Positions 18,169 through 27,957 of a DNA stretch of 64,000 nucleotides are shown here, one piece after another. This DNA is from a virus. Numbering within the stretch: position 1 is the stretch's first letter; each line of letters begins with the position of its first letter. The position numbers were made by a program, and so were the translations under genes. The stretch is from the IMG/VR virus record IMGVR_UViG_3300046170_000299. One strand, written 5' to 3'. The notes beneath the pieces were generated by a model. The model had not been told where the DNA came from, ran no database searches, and was given only the letters and a program-made list of their open reading frames with translations.

Positions 18169-19910
18169 TTATTTTTGAAAAGATCCGTTGGAAGAACTTT
18201 TTGTCCACGGGTAATGTGTTTAGTGAAATTAATTTAGAAGAAGGTAGAACAAATCTAATCGTTGGTGACAACGGAGCAGGAAAGAGCACCATTTTGGATG
18301 CTCTTACTTTTTCTTTGTTTGCAAAACCATTTCGTAAGATTAGTAAAGGGTCTCTAGTCAATAGTATTAATGAAAAAAATTGTGTAGTTGAAATTGAGTT
18401 TCGTATTGGCAAGCTAGACTATAAAGTTATTCGTGGTATCAAACCTAATAAGTTTGAGATCTATTGTAATGGACAACTGTGGAATCAGGAAAGTTCTGTA
18501 AACGATCAGCAGAAAAACTTTGAGCAGAACGTGCTCAAGATGAATTACAAATCATTTACGCAAATTGTTGTGTTGGGATCCTCTACGTTTATCCCATTCA
18601 TGAAATTGCCTGGTGGTCAACGTCGTGATATTATTGAGGACATCTTGGATATCCAAGTATTCTCTACTATGAATGTTCTCTTGAAAGATAAGATGCGTGA
18701 GAACAATGATGAAGTTCGTGACATCAACTATCAACTAGATCTTCTAAAAGATAAGATTGAATTGCAAAAGCAAACTATGCTTACTTTAGAAAAGAGAAAT
18801 CAAGAAGAGATTGATCGCAAGAAAGAAAAGATATCTGTATATAAAAAAACTGAGCTACAGGGTGTGGAAGATGTTTCTCTTTTGACACAACAAATCTGTA
18901 ATCTTAATGAAGAAATGCATGAGTACCAGCAATCAAACGGGAAATTGCAAAAGTTGAACACATACTTGATCAAGGTAACACATAAACTGAACACATGTAA
19001 GAAAGAACTTGAGTTCTTTGAGAACAACCATGTGTGTCCTACGTGTACACAAGACCTACATGAGGATTTTCGTAATCTAAAACTGGACGAAGGTCGGGGT
19101 AAAGTTGATGAAATGCTTGTAGGATATAATGATATCCTCTCTGCTATAGGAGAAGAAGAAACTAGGTTTAATAAATTTACTGAACTTTCTACTACAGTAA
19201 ATGATATCAACACTACAATTTCACAAACCAATTTTCAACTGATGACAATTCGTAAACAAGTGGAATCACTTGAAGAAGAAATTGTAGAATTAAACAGTGA
19301 TAATGTTGACAAGAAATCAGAGTATAACAAACTAGAACTTTTGGTTGAAAACAAAAAGAGTTTGAATAAACAACAAGCTAGTTTGAAATCTGATCGTGAT
19401 GTTCTTACAACAGCGGGTCAACTCCTTAAAGATAATGGTATCAAGACTAGGATCATCAAAACCTATCTTCCTACTATGAATAAGTTGATTAACGATTTCT
19501 TACAACGTATGGAGTTTTATGTCAATTTTACCCTAGACGAGAACTTTGAGGAGCAAATCAAATCTAGATACCGTGATGTGTTCTCTTACGATAGTTTCAG
19601 TGAAGGCGAAAAAGCTCGTATTGATATCGCTCTTCTGCTCACTTGGCGTAGTATTGCTAAGCTTAAGAATAGCGTGGATACTAACCTCCTTATTTTAGAT
19701 GAGATCTTTGATGGATCACTTGACACATCGGGTACATCTGATCTAGGATGGATCCTAAGAAATTTTGATGACAGCACCAAGGTGTTTGTAATCAGTCACA
19801 AGCAGGGTATGGACGATAAGTTCGACCGTACTATCTCTGTGGAGAAGGTCAAAAACTACTCTACCCTCAACGTGACAGTTAACGAAGTGACACACGGACT
19901 GGTTGGCTAG
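18165..19910 (+). CDS. gp46: recombination ATPase gp46 (Rad50/SbcC-like)
   Basis: GDNGAGKS, zinc hook CPTC, signature FSEGE, Walker B LILDEIFD. Confidence 0.96.
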   Translation: MIIFEKIRWKNFLSTGNVFSEINLEEGRTNLIVGDNGAGKSTILDALTFSLFAKPFRKISKGSLVNSINEKNCVVEIEFRIGKLDYKVIRGIKPNKFEIYCNGQLWNQESSVNDQQKNFEQNVLKMNYKSFTQIVVLGSSTFIPFMKLPGGQRRDIIEDILDIQVFSTMNVLLKDKMRENNDEVRDINYQLDLLKDKIELQKQTMLTLEKRNQEEIDRKKEKISVYKKTELQGVEDVSLLTQQICNLNEEMHEYQQSNGKLQKLNTYLIKVTHKLNTCKKELEFFENNHVCPTCTQDLHEDFRNLKLDEGRGKVDEMLVGYNDILSAIGEEETRFNKFTELSTTVNDINTTISQTNFQLMTIRKQVESLEEEIVELNSDNVDKKSEYNKLELLVENKKSLNKQQASLKSDRDVLTTAGQLLKDNGIKTRIIKTYLPTMNKLINDFLQRMEFYVNFTLDENFEEQIKSRYRDVFSYDSFSEGEKARIDIALLLTWRSIAKLKNSVDTNLLILDEIFDGSLDTSGTSDLGWILRNFDDSTKVFVISHKQGMDDKFDRTISVEKVKNYSTLNVTVNEVTHGLVG

Positions 19911-19929
19911 GTTGTTTATTTGTTATGAT
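19872..19929 (+). promoter_or_regulatory. early/middle promoter with upstream imperfect palindrome
   Basis: GTGACAGTT-AAC-GAAGTGACAC, then an extended -10 TGT-TATGAT at 19924. Confidence 0.5.
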
Positions 19930-19952
19930 GTATACATCAGCAACAGAGACAC

Positions 19953-22133
19953 ATGTCAAACAACAAAGAAATCAAAGGTAACCTCGCCCGTCTTCTCGCT
20001 ACAGAGAATCTTGTTGTAGAGCATAAGCAGTGCTACACAGCTTCCTTCGACGTTGACCGTCGTATTTTGACTCTCCCTAACTGGGACAAAGCATCAGACA
20101 CTGTGTATGATATGCTTGTCGGTCACGAAGTGGGTCATGCACTATTCACTCCCAACAAAGACTGGAGAGACATTGCTGACTGTCCTAAGGATTTTGTCAA
20201 TGTAATTGAAGACGCTCGCATTGAGAAATTAATGAAGCGTAAGTATCCAGGTCTTCGCAAGTCATTCGCTGGTGGTTACAAAGAATTAAATGACCGTGAC
20301 TTCTTTAATATTCAGGGAGAAGATCTTACTAAACTCAGTTTGATTGACCGTATCAATCTACACTTTAAGATTGGTGCTAATGCACTTATTCCTTTCTCTA
20401 CTGAAGAAAAATTATTTGTTGCTCGTACTGATCTCGCAGAAACTTTTGAAGAAGTTTTACAGATTGCGGTTGACGTACATGAGTTCAGTAAGCAGTTTGA
20501 AGAAACGGTTGCTAATATTCCTCAAGCTTCTCCTGAACAATCTGATGAGGAAGAAACTGAAGAAAATGAAAATGCAGAAGGAGTAGAATCTGCTGAGGAA
20601 GCATCTGGAGAATCTTCAGATAAAGATCAACCTGATATCCAACCTAACTTTGGTGGTGCAGGATCTACATCTAATGCAGATTCTATTGAGGATGAAGAGT
20701 ATGACGAAGATGATGACGAAGATGATGGTTCTGGAGGTGGAGACACTTCTTCAACTCAACGTTCTTTCGATCAGAAAGCAGAAAATCTTTCCTCTCGTAA
20801 TTACGGTCGTAGCACTACATATATTGAGATCCCTAAAAACGTTAACCTAGAAAACCATCTTGTAGATTGGACTGTCCTTCATGATTGGATCGACAGTCAA
20901 GCATCTGATCCTAATGTCTACTCTGATGTTGATAGTGACTATCATAATTTTCGTAAGCAATCACAGAAAGAGGTAAACTATCTTGTTAAGGAATTTGAAT
21001 GTCGTAAGTCTGCTGACGCTTATGCTCGTGCTGGTCAATCTAAGACTGGTGTGCTTGATACTTCAAAGTTACATACTTATCTTTATAACGAAGACATTTT
21101 CAAAAAAGTAACTGTTGTTCCTGATGGTAAGAATCACGGTTTGATTTTTATCCTTGACTGGTCTGGTTCTATGCAGCATGAGCTACTGCCAACTGTCAAG
21201 CAACTTCTTAACCTCACTGCATTCTGTAAGAAAGTACAGATTCCATTTGAAGTTTATGCATTCACTAATGAGTGGATTGCAGCAAAACGTGCTATGGCAA
21301 ATATAGCAGGTGAAACTCCAGACGATAACTATGACTCTTACTATCGTAGTTGGGACGGATTGAAAAAGAATGAGTTCTTTATTGATCCTCATTGTTTTCA
21401 TTTGATGAACTTTATTTCTTCTCGTTCTAACTCTCGTGACTATGAGCGTATGTGTAGAAACTTGTATAGAGAAGCAAACTACTATAAAAATTATAATAGT
21501 TATCACAATACAATTGGTGTTACTCTTTCAGGAACTCCTTTAAATGAAGCGATTGTTTTGCTTAATTACATCATTCCTCATTTCAAAAAACAGAATGATC
21601 TTCAGAAAGTCAATGTTTGCATCTTAACTGATGGTGAAGGATGTCAATCTGCTTATGGTAGAGAGCAGTACATCGAACATAAAGATGAGATTATCATTCG
21701 TCCTTCTCGTATTGACTGGGGTAATTGCCTTCGTGATCGTCAGACTGGTCGTGTCTATCCTGAGTTTGAATATGACACTATCACTAATATCTTCATCCAG
21801 CAGGTTCGTGATCGTAACCCTGATGTAAATGTAATTGGTTTCCGTATTCTGCAGGGCAGTCAGTTGTCTAGTTTTGTTGGACGCTATGCTGACTTTAGAA
21901 AGTACACTGAAATTCAAAAGCAGTGGAAGAAAGAAAAATCAGCAATCATTCCTAACCCTGCAGCTTTCTCTGCTCTGTATGCTATTAGTAGTAATTCTCT
22001 AAACCAAAATACAGAGTTGAACGTTGAGTCTGGTGCTAAGAAAACTGAGATCTCTCGTGCATTTAAAAAGATGCTTGCTAGTAAGTCTACTAACAAAAAA
22101 CTACTCAACTCTTTCGTAGAGTATGTCAGTTGA
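19953..22133 (+). CDS. metallopeptidase-like plus vWA domain protein (CobT-like partner of the AAA+ ATPase)
   Basis: HEVGH zinc motif, acidic linker, MIDAS LDWSGSM, GTPL and LTDGE. Confidence 0.85.
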   Translation: MSNNKEIKGNLARLLATENLVVEHKQCYTASFDVDRRILTLPNWDKASDTVYDMLVGHEVGHALFTPNKDWRDIADCPKDFVNVIEDARIEKLMKRKYPGLRKSFAGGYKELNDRDFFNIQGEDLTKLSLIDRINLHFKIGANALIPFSTEEKLFVARTDLAETFEEVLQIAVDVHEFSKQFEETVANIPQASPEQSDEEETEENENAEGVESAEEASGESSDKDQPDIQPNFGGAGSTSNADSIEDEEYDEDDDEDDGSGGGDTSSTQRSFDQKAENLSSRNYGRSTTYIEIPKNVNLENHLVDWTVLHDWIDSQASDPNVYSDVDSDYHNFRKQSQKEVNYLVKEFECRKSADAYARAGQSKTGVLDTSKLHTYLYNEDIFKKVTVVPDGKNHGLIFILDWSGSMQHELLPTVKQLLNLTAFCKKVQIPFEVYAFTNEWIAAKRAMANIAGETPDDNYDSYYRSWDGLKKNEFFIDPHCFHLMNFISSRSNSRDYERMCRNLYREANYYKNYNSYHNTIGVTLSGTPLNEAIVLLNYIIPHFKKQNDLQKVNVCILTDGEGCQSAYGREQYIEHKDEIIIRPSRIDWGNCLRDRQTGRVYPEFEYDTITNIFIQQVRDRNPDVNVIGFRILQGSQLSSFVGRYADFRKYTEIQKQWKKEKSAIIPNPAAFSALYAISSNSLNQNTELNVESGAKKTEISRAFKKMLASKSTNKKLLNSFVEYVS

Positions 22134-22181
22134 CAAACTGGTACACATGGGGTCGTCAGTGACCCCTTCATACCCTATACT
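22123..22181 (+). promoter_or_regulatory. sigma70-type promoter with upstream palindrome and hairpin
   Basis: ATGTCAGTT-GAC-AAACTGGTAC; hairpin GGGGTC-gtcagt-GACCCC with the -35 in its loop; TATACT at 22176. Confidence 0.6.
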
Positions 22182-22206
22182 ATATTCATAGACAACAAAA
22201 CACATC

Positions 22207-23310
22207 ATGCCTTTCGCTCCTGTTCCAGTTTCAACTGAAGACCTCGTTACTTACCTTTCTGACAAAGTTGGTACTGAGGTAAACACCAAGCAATTGTTTG
22301 AAGCATCTGAGCACTTCAACTGTTCTCTTGCTACTGTTAAAAAGAGACTCAAAACTTATAAGCAAGGTATTGGCAAGTGGAACTTGACTGTTCAAGAAAA
22401 ACTTGAGCAAACTTATCAAGCACCTGCAGCTATTCCTGCTCTAGAGCAAAACCTTATTCCTGACAAGGATCCTAATTTTATTCCTTTTGGTAACTTTACT
22501 GATGTAAAGAAAATTATCCAATCTAAATTGTTCTACCCTACATTCATTACTGGATTGTCAGGAAACGGCAAGACTTTCTCTGTTGAGCAAGCATGTGCTG
22601 CTCTAAATAGAGAACTGATTCGGGTAAACATTACCATTGAAACTGACGAGGACGATCTTATTGGTGGGTTCCGTCTTGTTAACGGCGAAACTGCTTGGCA
22701 TAATGGTCCTGTCATCGAAGCTTTGGAACGTGGAGCTGTGCTGCTTCTAGATGAAGTTGACCTTGCATCTAACAAAATCCTCTGCTTGCAATCTGTTCTA
22801 GAAGGCAAAGGTGTATTCCTTAAGAAGACTGGTCGTTATGTAAAACCAGCATCAGGATTTAATATCATTGCTACTGCTAATACTAAGGGTAAGGGATCTG
22901 AAGACGGTAGGTTCATCGGTACTAACGTATTGAATGAAGCATTCCTTGAGAGATTTGCTTTGACTTTTGAGCAAGAGTATCCTTCTCCTGTTACTGAAAC
23001 TAAAATTCTTCAGAAAGCAGCAGGTAACCTAGGTGTTCTTGATGAAGAGTTCTGCACCAACCTTGCCAACTGGGCAGACATTATCCGTAAGACTTTTAGG
23101 GATGGTGGTATCGATGAAGTGATCTCTACTCGTAGACTTGTTCACATCATCCGTGCTTTTGCTATCTGGCAGAATCGTATGAAAGCTATCAAGGTTTGCG
23201 TAAACCGTTTTGATGATGAGACTAAGCAGTCATTCATCGAATTGTATGATAAGATTGATGCTGATGTAAACACTACTGAGGAGGAACAAGATGGCGATGT
23301 CTCTTTCTGA
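22207..23310 (+). CDS. cobS: CobS/MoxR-like AAA+ ATPase
   Basis: GLSGNGKT, LLLDEVD, ATANTKG, EAFLERF. Confidence 0.9.
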   Translation: MPFAPVPVSTEDLVTYLSDKVGTEVNTKQLFEASEHFNCSLATVKKRLKTYKQGIGKWNLTVQEKLEQTYQAPAAIPALEQNLIPDKDPNFIPFGNFTDVKKIIQSKLFYPTFITGLSGNGKTFSVEQACAALNRELIRVNITIETDEDDLIGGFRLVNGETAWHNGPVIEALERGAVLLLDEVDLASNKILCLQSVLEGKGVFLKKTGRYVKPASGFNIIATANTKGKGSEDGRFIGTNVLNEAFLERFALTFEQEYPSPVTETKILQKAAGNLGVLDEEFCTNLANWADIIRKTFRDGGIDEVISTRRLVHIIRAFAIWQNRMKAIKVCVNRFDDETKQSFIELYDKIDADVNTTEEEQDGDVSF

Positions 23311-23473
23311 TAAATTCCATGGTTACATGGGTCGTCTCGTAATTTTGCGAGGCACCCAGTGCCGTACCGCTAAAATTGTAGGTGGCAAAGGTATAGAACT
23401 CTATATGCAGGGGATTGACGGCAGCGTATTTAAATGCTACCATGATAATATTGAATATATTTGGGAACGATGA
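23291..23473 (+). CDS. hypothetical protein
   Basis: 60 aa, coupled to its neighbours. Confidence 0.55.
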   Translation: MAMSLSDKFHGYMGRLVILRGTQCRTAKIVGGKGIELYMQGIDGSVFKCYHDNIEYIWER

Positions 23474-23757
23474 GTTTAAAATATAATGAAGAAGCTCTGT
23501 TAGCAGAGCTACGTGATTACATTACAGGAACCTATGGACAACACTATTCTGCTGGCAACGATGCCATTCAAACGTTAGACTTGATTGAAGCATGTGGAGA
23601 CGCTGAGGCATTCTGCCGTTGCAACATCCTCAAGTACGCTTCACGCTATGACAAGAAAGGCACTGCCCGTCGTGATATCATTAAGATCTTACACTACGGT
23701 CTACTCCTTCTTCACTTCTCTGACAAATCAAACATTACTGAATCCTATCCTCAATGA
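23470..23757 (+). CDS. DUF3310-like hypothetical protein
   Basis: YGQHY...FCRCNILKYASRYDKKG...DIIKILHY pattern. Confidence 0.75.
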   Translation: MSLKYNEEALLAELRDYITGTYGQHYSAGNDAIQTLDLIEACGDAEAFCRCNILKYASRYDKKGTARRDIIKILHYGLLLLHFSDKSNITESYPQ

Positions 23758-24428
23758 GCAAAGTTATCCTTTCCAGAAAAACTCTAGATGTCCTTAAGAA
23801 TTTTTCTACGATCAATTCGTCAATCGTATTTCGTCAAGGGAGCACAGTACGAACCATTAGCAATGCAGAAAACATTCTGGCAAAATTCACTGGCGAAGAA
23901 GTATTTCCTAGTGACTTCGCAATTTATGATCTCAGTCAGTTCCTTAGCGGTATTTCTCTGTTTAACGATCCTCAACTGGAATTCACATCTAGCGATTTTG
24001 TTTCTATCCGTGGCGGTCGTCAGTCTGCTAAGTATTATTTCTCTGACCCTGAGATTACGCTCAAGTCTGCACCAGAAAAAAATGTAAAGTTTCCTGGTTC
24101 TGATGTAGAGTTTAATCTTTCCTCTGATGATCTTGTAGCTTTGCAAAAAGCATCTGCTGTTTATAGTTTGCCAGATCTTACTTTCTATTCAGAAAAAGAT
24201 TCTGATGAAATCAAACTCATCCTTAGAGACAAAGAGAATGATACCAGCAATACTTACGATATCACCGTTGCTGGTTCTAGCACTGGCACCTTTAGTCTTG
24301 ATCTCAAGATTGAAAACATTCGTGTCCTACCAGGTGACTATACTGTTAAAGTATCTCAGCATCTAATTTCCGAATGGATTAATAACGATGTTGATCTTAC
24401 ATATTATATTGCCCTTGAACCTAATTGA
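23754..24428 (+). CDS. gp45: sliding clamp gp45
   Basis: LKNFSTINSSI, FAIYDLSQFL, YYIALE. Confidence 0.95.
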   Translation: MSKVILSRKTLDVLKNFSTINSSIVFRQGSTVRTISNAENILAKFTGEEVFPSDFAIYDLSQFLSGISLFNDPQLEFTSSDFVSIRGGRQSAKYYFSDPEITLKSAPEKNVKFPGSDVEFNLSSDDLVALQKASAVYSLPDLTFYSEKDSDEIKLILRDKENDTSNTYDITVAGSSTGTFSLDLKIENIRVLPGDYTVKVSQHLISEWINNDVDLTYYIALEPN

Positions 24429-24934
24429 ATATTTTTGTAACAGACCCTGATCCCACTATCTCAGCACAGTGCTTGCCTGACAAACACATTGTCAAGATGC
24501 CATTAGAGACATGTCAAATGCTCTCTATTGTTTGCTCTGAAGAATGGGGTCATAGTTATGGTAGAATACATCGCAACGATGGTCAACCATACAAGACAGA
24601 GAAAGGTGCATTCCGTAATCACCCTTGCACTATCTGGGCAAATGATTCTCTAGAAAATGCATGGTGGTTACTTACACATGGTCTTTCTCTGTGTGCTGAG
24701 TACACACACAGATACGGTAAGGTTCATTCTTGTTCTAGACCACTACTAGAGGCAACACATCTCTTACCATCAGCAGACAATACTATGCATACACCTTTTG
24801 TGTTTGCAGGTCCTGATGAATTCAAGTATGATACTGTTGATATCTACAGCAAGTACAAAATGTATATTGCATCTAAACCTTGGGTAGCTACCAACTATCT
24901 TCGTGCTCCAGAACGTAAACCTGATTGGATTTGA
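24425..24934 (+). CDS. pyrimidine-dimer DNA glycosylase family (DenV-like) protein
   Basis: MNIF...DKHIVKMPLETCQMLS, HPCTIW, EYTHRYGKVH; TTG start. Confidence 0.8.
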   Translation: MNIFVTDPDPTISAQCLPDKHIVKMPLETCQMLSIVCSEEWGHSYGRIHRNDGQPYKTEKGAFRNHPCTIWANDSLENAWWLLTHGLSLCAEYTHRYGKVHSCSRPLLEATHLLPSADNTMHTPFVFAGPDEFKYDTVDIYSKYKMYIASKPWVATNYLRAPERKPDWI

Positions 24935-24936
24935 TT

Positions 24937-25881
24937 ATGAGTAAAGAATTTTTGTGGGTGGAGAAATACCGTCCAAGCATTGTCGAAGATTGTATCCTCC
25001 CAGAAACTATCAAGGAAGTTTTTCAAGGTTTTGTTAACCAAGGAGAACTACCTAACTTGCTACTGAGTGGCACAGCAGGTGTTGGTAAAACAACTATCGC
25101 TAAAGCTTTGTGTGAGGAGATTGGTGCTTCTTACATTGTGATCAATGGATCTGATGAGGGACGCTTCCTAGACACTGTGAGGAACAGAGTCCGTCAGTTT
25201 GCCACCACTGTCTCTCTGACCTCTGGAGCGTCTCACAAGGTCGTTATCATCGATGAGGCAGACAACACAACTAATGACGTGCAACTGTCCTTGAGGACTG
25301 CTGTAGAGGAGTTTCATGGAAACTGTCGTTTCATCTTTACATGTAACTTCATTAACAAGATTATTGAACCGTTGCATTCTCGATGCACTGTTGTTGATTT
25401 TAGAATCAAACCTGAACAAGCAGTAGCTTTGCAGGGTCAGTTCTTTACTCGTCTCCAAACTATTCTGACTAACGAGAATGTTGAGTATGAAGATAAAGTT
25501 CTCGCTAAAATTACTAAGCGTTATTATCCTGACTGGAGGCGTCTTATTAATGAGTGCCAACGCTATGCCGCTACTGGTGCTATTACGTCTGCTATTCTTG
25601 TGGATGTTGCTGATGTCAATCTTGACACTCTCCTTTCGTCCTTGAAGAAGAAACAGTTTACTGATGTTAAGAACTGGGTTGTTCAGAATATGGACAACGA
25701 TCCTACAATGGTGATGCGTAAAGTTTACGATAGTTTGTATGTTGTATTGAAACCTGCTTCTATTCCAGAAGCTGTTCTTGTGATTGCCAAATACATGAAC
25801 AGTATTCCTATTGTTCCTGATCAAGAGATCAATCTTTTGGCATGTCTTACTGAAATTATGATGGGGTGTGAATTCAAATGA
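24937..25881 (+). CDS. gp44: clamp loader large subunit gp44
   Basis: LWVEKYRP, GTAGVGKT, IIDEAD, SRC motif. Confidence 0.96.
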   Translation: MSKEFLWVEKYRPSIVEDCILPETIKEVFQGFVNQGELPNLLLSGTAGVGKTTIAKALCEEIGASYIVINGSDEGRFLDTVRNRVRQFATTVSLTSGASHKVVIIDEADNTTNDVQLSLRTAVEEFHGNCRFIFTCNFINKIIEPLHSRCTVVDFRIKPEQAVALQGQFFTRLQTILTNENVEYEDKVLAKITKRYYPDWRRLINECQRYAATGAITSAILVDVADVNLDTLLSSLKKKQFTDVKNWVVQNMDNDPTMVMRKVYDSLYVVLKPASIPEAVLVIAKYMNSIPIVPDQEINLLACLTEIMMGCEFK

Positions 25882-26051
25882 TCGAATTTTTAATTGCGTG
25901 TTCTCCTGCTATTCCTTCACCAGGAATGTTTAGTGGTCCAGTCACTAACTGTGGTCCTGGTGACACAGAACTTGTGGAAGAACGAAAAGAAAGTCGAGTG
26001 GTAATTCCTACAAAACAGATTACTATTGTTGATTGGAAAATTCCATTATGA
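25878..26051 (+). CDS. small hypothetical protein (57 aa)
   Basis: MIEFLIACSPAIPSPG...VDWKIPL*; ATGA overlaps at both ends. Confidence 0.5.
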   Translation: MIEFLIACSPAIPSPGMFSGPVTNCGPGDTELVEERKESRVVIPTKQITIVDWKIPL

Positions 26052-26191
26052 CACTACTCAAATTTATTGAAAAAGATCCTAAACAATTAATGATGGAGGA
26101 AATGATTGAAAGACTTGAAAACGAATCAGCAAGACAATGGGCATACATCCAAAGTCAAAACAACACCCGAAAATGTTCAGGAAGCAAATGA
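26048..26191 (+). CDS. small hypothetical protein (47 aa)
   Basis: MTLLKFIEKDPKQLMMEEMIERLENESARQWAYIQ...*; ATGA-coupled. Confidence 0.45.
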   Translation: MTLLKFIEKDPKQLMMEEMIERLENESARQWAYIQSQNNTRKCSGSK

Positions 26192-26363
26192 AGCATTGTT
26201 TCATGCTACAATGAACCTACCCCACGCTGCTGTTCATTGTGGAATGACAGAGCGTGAAATGAAAATGATCTTTCGCGAATACCTTAAATACCATGCCCCA
26301 GACATTGAAGTCATTGAAGACACCCCTCAGGTATCCAGGCGGGAAGAGTCGTGCCCTGAGTAA
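26106..26363 (+). CDS. hypothetical HTH-like protein (start uncertain)
   Basis: KTTPENVQEANEALF...MNLPHAAVHCGMTEREMK. Confidence 0.6.
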   Translation: MKDLKTNQQDNGHTSKVKTTPENVQEANEALFHATMNLPHAAVHCGMTEREMKMIFREYLKYHAPDIEVIEDTPQVSRREESCPE

Positions 26364-27132
26364 ACTCTTTCAGTATATTCCAAACCTGAAAGATTACACT
26401 GAGTATCGTGAACCATTCTTGGGTGGTGGATCTGTAGCACTAGAAATTGGTAAACGATATCCACACCTAGATATCTGGGTAAACGATTTGTATGGACCAC
26501 TCTATAACTTCTGGCGAGTGCTTCAGGATCAAGGACGAGAACTTCGTGATCAGTTGGTTCAACTTAAGTATCGTCATCCAGAACCAGTATCAGCAAAACT
26601 ATTATTTCTAGACGCTAAGGAGAAACTAAACGATGATTCAACATCCGACTTATCTGCTGCTGTGTGTTTTTATATTGTTAATAAGTGCTCTTTCTCTGGT
26701 CTCACTGAGTCCAGTTCCTTCAGCAAGCAAGCGTCAGATAGCAATTTCTCGATGCGAGGCATTGATAAACTCCCTGAATATTCAGGAATGATTTCTAAAT
26801 GGAAGATCACTAACGTTAGCTACGAACAACTTCTTACTGATAGTAAGAATGCTTTTACTTACTTAGACCCACCATACGAGATTGGATCTAATCTCTATGG
26901 CAAGAGAGGTAATATGCATAGTGGATTTAATCACGACCACTTTGCTGTCAAGTGTGACCGATTTGTTGGTCCACAACTTGTGTCTTACAATTCATCACAA
27001 CTAATCAGAGATCGTTTCGCTGAGTGGACAGCTGCTGAATTTGCACACACTTACACCATGAGGAGTGTGGGGAGTTATAATACAGATCAAGCAGCTCGTA
27101 AGGAACTAGTCCTTTTTAATTATGAAGTGTGA
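26293..27132 (+). CDS. dam: DNA adenine methyltransferase (Dam family)
   Basis: PLRYPGGKS, EPFLGGGS, YLDPPY. Confidence 0.93.
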   Translation: MPQTLKSLKTPLRYPGGKSRALSKLFQYIPNLKDYTEYREPFLGGGSVALEIGKRYPHLDIWVNDLYGPLYNFWRVLQDQGRELRDQLVQLKYRHPEPVSAKLLFLDAKEKLNDDSTSDLSAAVCFYIVNKCSFSGLTESSSFSKQASDSNFSMRGIDKLPEYSGMISKWKITNVSYEQLLTDSKNAFTYLDPPYEIGSNLYGKRGNMHSGFNHDHFAVKCDRFVGPQLVSYNSSQLIRDRFAEWTAAEFAHTYTMRSVGSYNTDQAARKELVLFNYEV

Positions 27133-27265
27133 AGTCAAACTTTTTAAAACAGGCACTGTCTTCACTGAAGAAGTCATTGCTCGTGATTACCAAGACGCAC
27201 GTAAGGTAGCTCTTGCTCGTAATCCTGGTGCTACCGTAATAGGTGTCACTGCTACTTTTAAATAA
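27122..27265 (+). CDS. small conserved cyanophage/cyanobacterial protein (47 aa)
   Basis: MKCEVKLFKTGTVFTEEVIARDYQDARKVALARNPGATVIGVTATFK*. Confidence 0.7.
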   Translation: MKCEVKLFKTGTVFTEEVIARDYQDARKVALARNPGATVIGVTATFK

Positions 27266-27272
27266 ATTTATT

Positions 27273-27404
27273 ATGAAACTAACAATGAAAAATACCAAAG
27301 CAGAATTATACAATGCTTTGCAAGAAACTAAATCTGTAGAAGAAGAAAAAACAGCATTGAAATTTATTGCTATATTTTTCTTTATCACTACTTGTCTTTT
27401 TTAA
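27273..27404 (+). CDS. small protein with C-terminal hydrophobic anchor (43 aa)
   Basis: MKLTMKNTKAELYNALQE...FIAIFFFITTCLF*. Confidence 0.45.
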   Translation: MKLTMKNTKAELYNALQETKSVEEEKTALKFIAIFFFITTCLF

Positions 27405-27626
27405 ATGAAAGAACTTTGGAAGATCTGGAAGTACGCTTTAGGATCATTCAATGATAGTACAACTAGAAGATATGATGATATTGTATGCATCATTAGAACT
27501 ATTATTTTTGCTCAGTTGGTAATTACCAACTTCTTTATTATTGCTGGAAACATAAGACACTGGAATGACGTACCAACTGAAAGATTATCTCTACTCAATC
27601 AACCAATCCAAAAAGAATATTCTTGA
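27405..27626 (+). CDS. hypothetical membrane protein
   Basis: WKIWKYALGSF..D...IIRT...ITNFFIIAGNIRHW. Confidence 0.7.
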   Translation: MKELWKIWKYALGSFNDSTTRRYDDIVCIIRTIIFAQLVITNFFIIAGNIRHWNDVPTERLSLLNQPIQKEYS

Positions 27627-27957
27627 TGACGATATAGATGCTGAGAGAAAGTATCCTCCATATATCGTTAACAGATGTCTGTCTTCTTTTACTGATACTA
27701 TTCTTTATGTCAATGAACTGAATAAGAATCCCCATCTACCAAAGAAGTTACAGTATGACTTTTTGCTAAATAGTGTGAAACCGAGGAAGCGTTTCTCTCC
27801 TTGGGCACGTAAAGATTCTATTGATTATATTGAGTTAGTTAAAGAGTATTATGGTTATAATGACGATAAAGCTCTACAGGCACTCAGAATTCTCACCAAG
27901 GATCAACTAGATCATATTACAAAAGCATTGAGTAAAGGTGGTAAACATGAGCGGTGA
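27565..27957 (+). CDS. gp62: clamp loader small subunit gp62
   Basis: LKDYLYSIN, YPPYIVNRCLS, QYDFLLNSV, VKEYYGYN. Confidence 0.92.
   Translation: MTYQLKDYLYSINQSKKNILDDDIDAERKYPPYIVNRCLSSFTDTILYVNELNKNPHLPKKLQYDFLLNSVKPRKRFSPWARKDSIDYIELVKEYYGYNDDKALQALRILTKDQLDHITKALSKGGKHER

Noticed and set aside
22207-23310. cobS as evidence of cobalamin synthesis
   Set aside because: No cobN or other cob genes are present; the AAA+/vWA pairing fits a general MoxR-type role.
25168-25824. 218-aa minus-strand ORF
   Set aside because: It lies wholly antisense to gp44 with no recognisable motifs; a shadow ORF.
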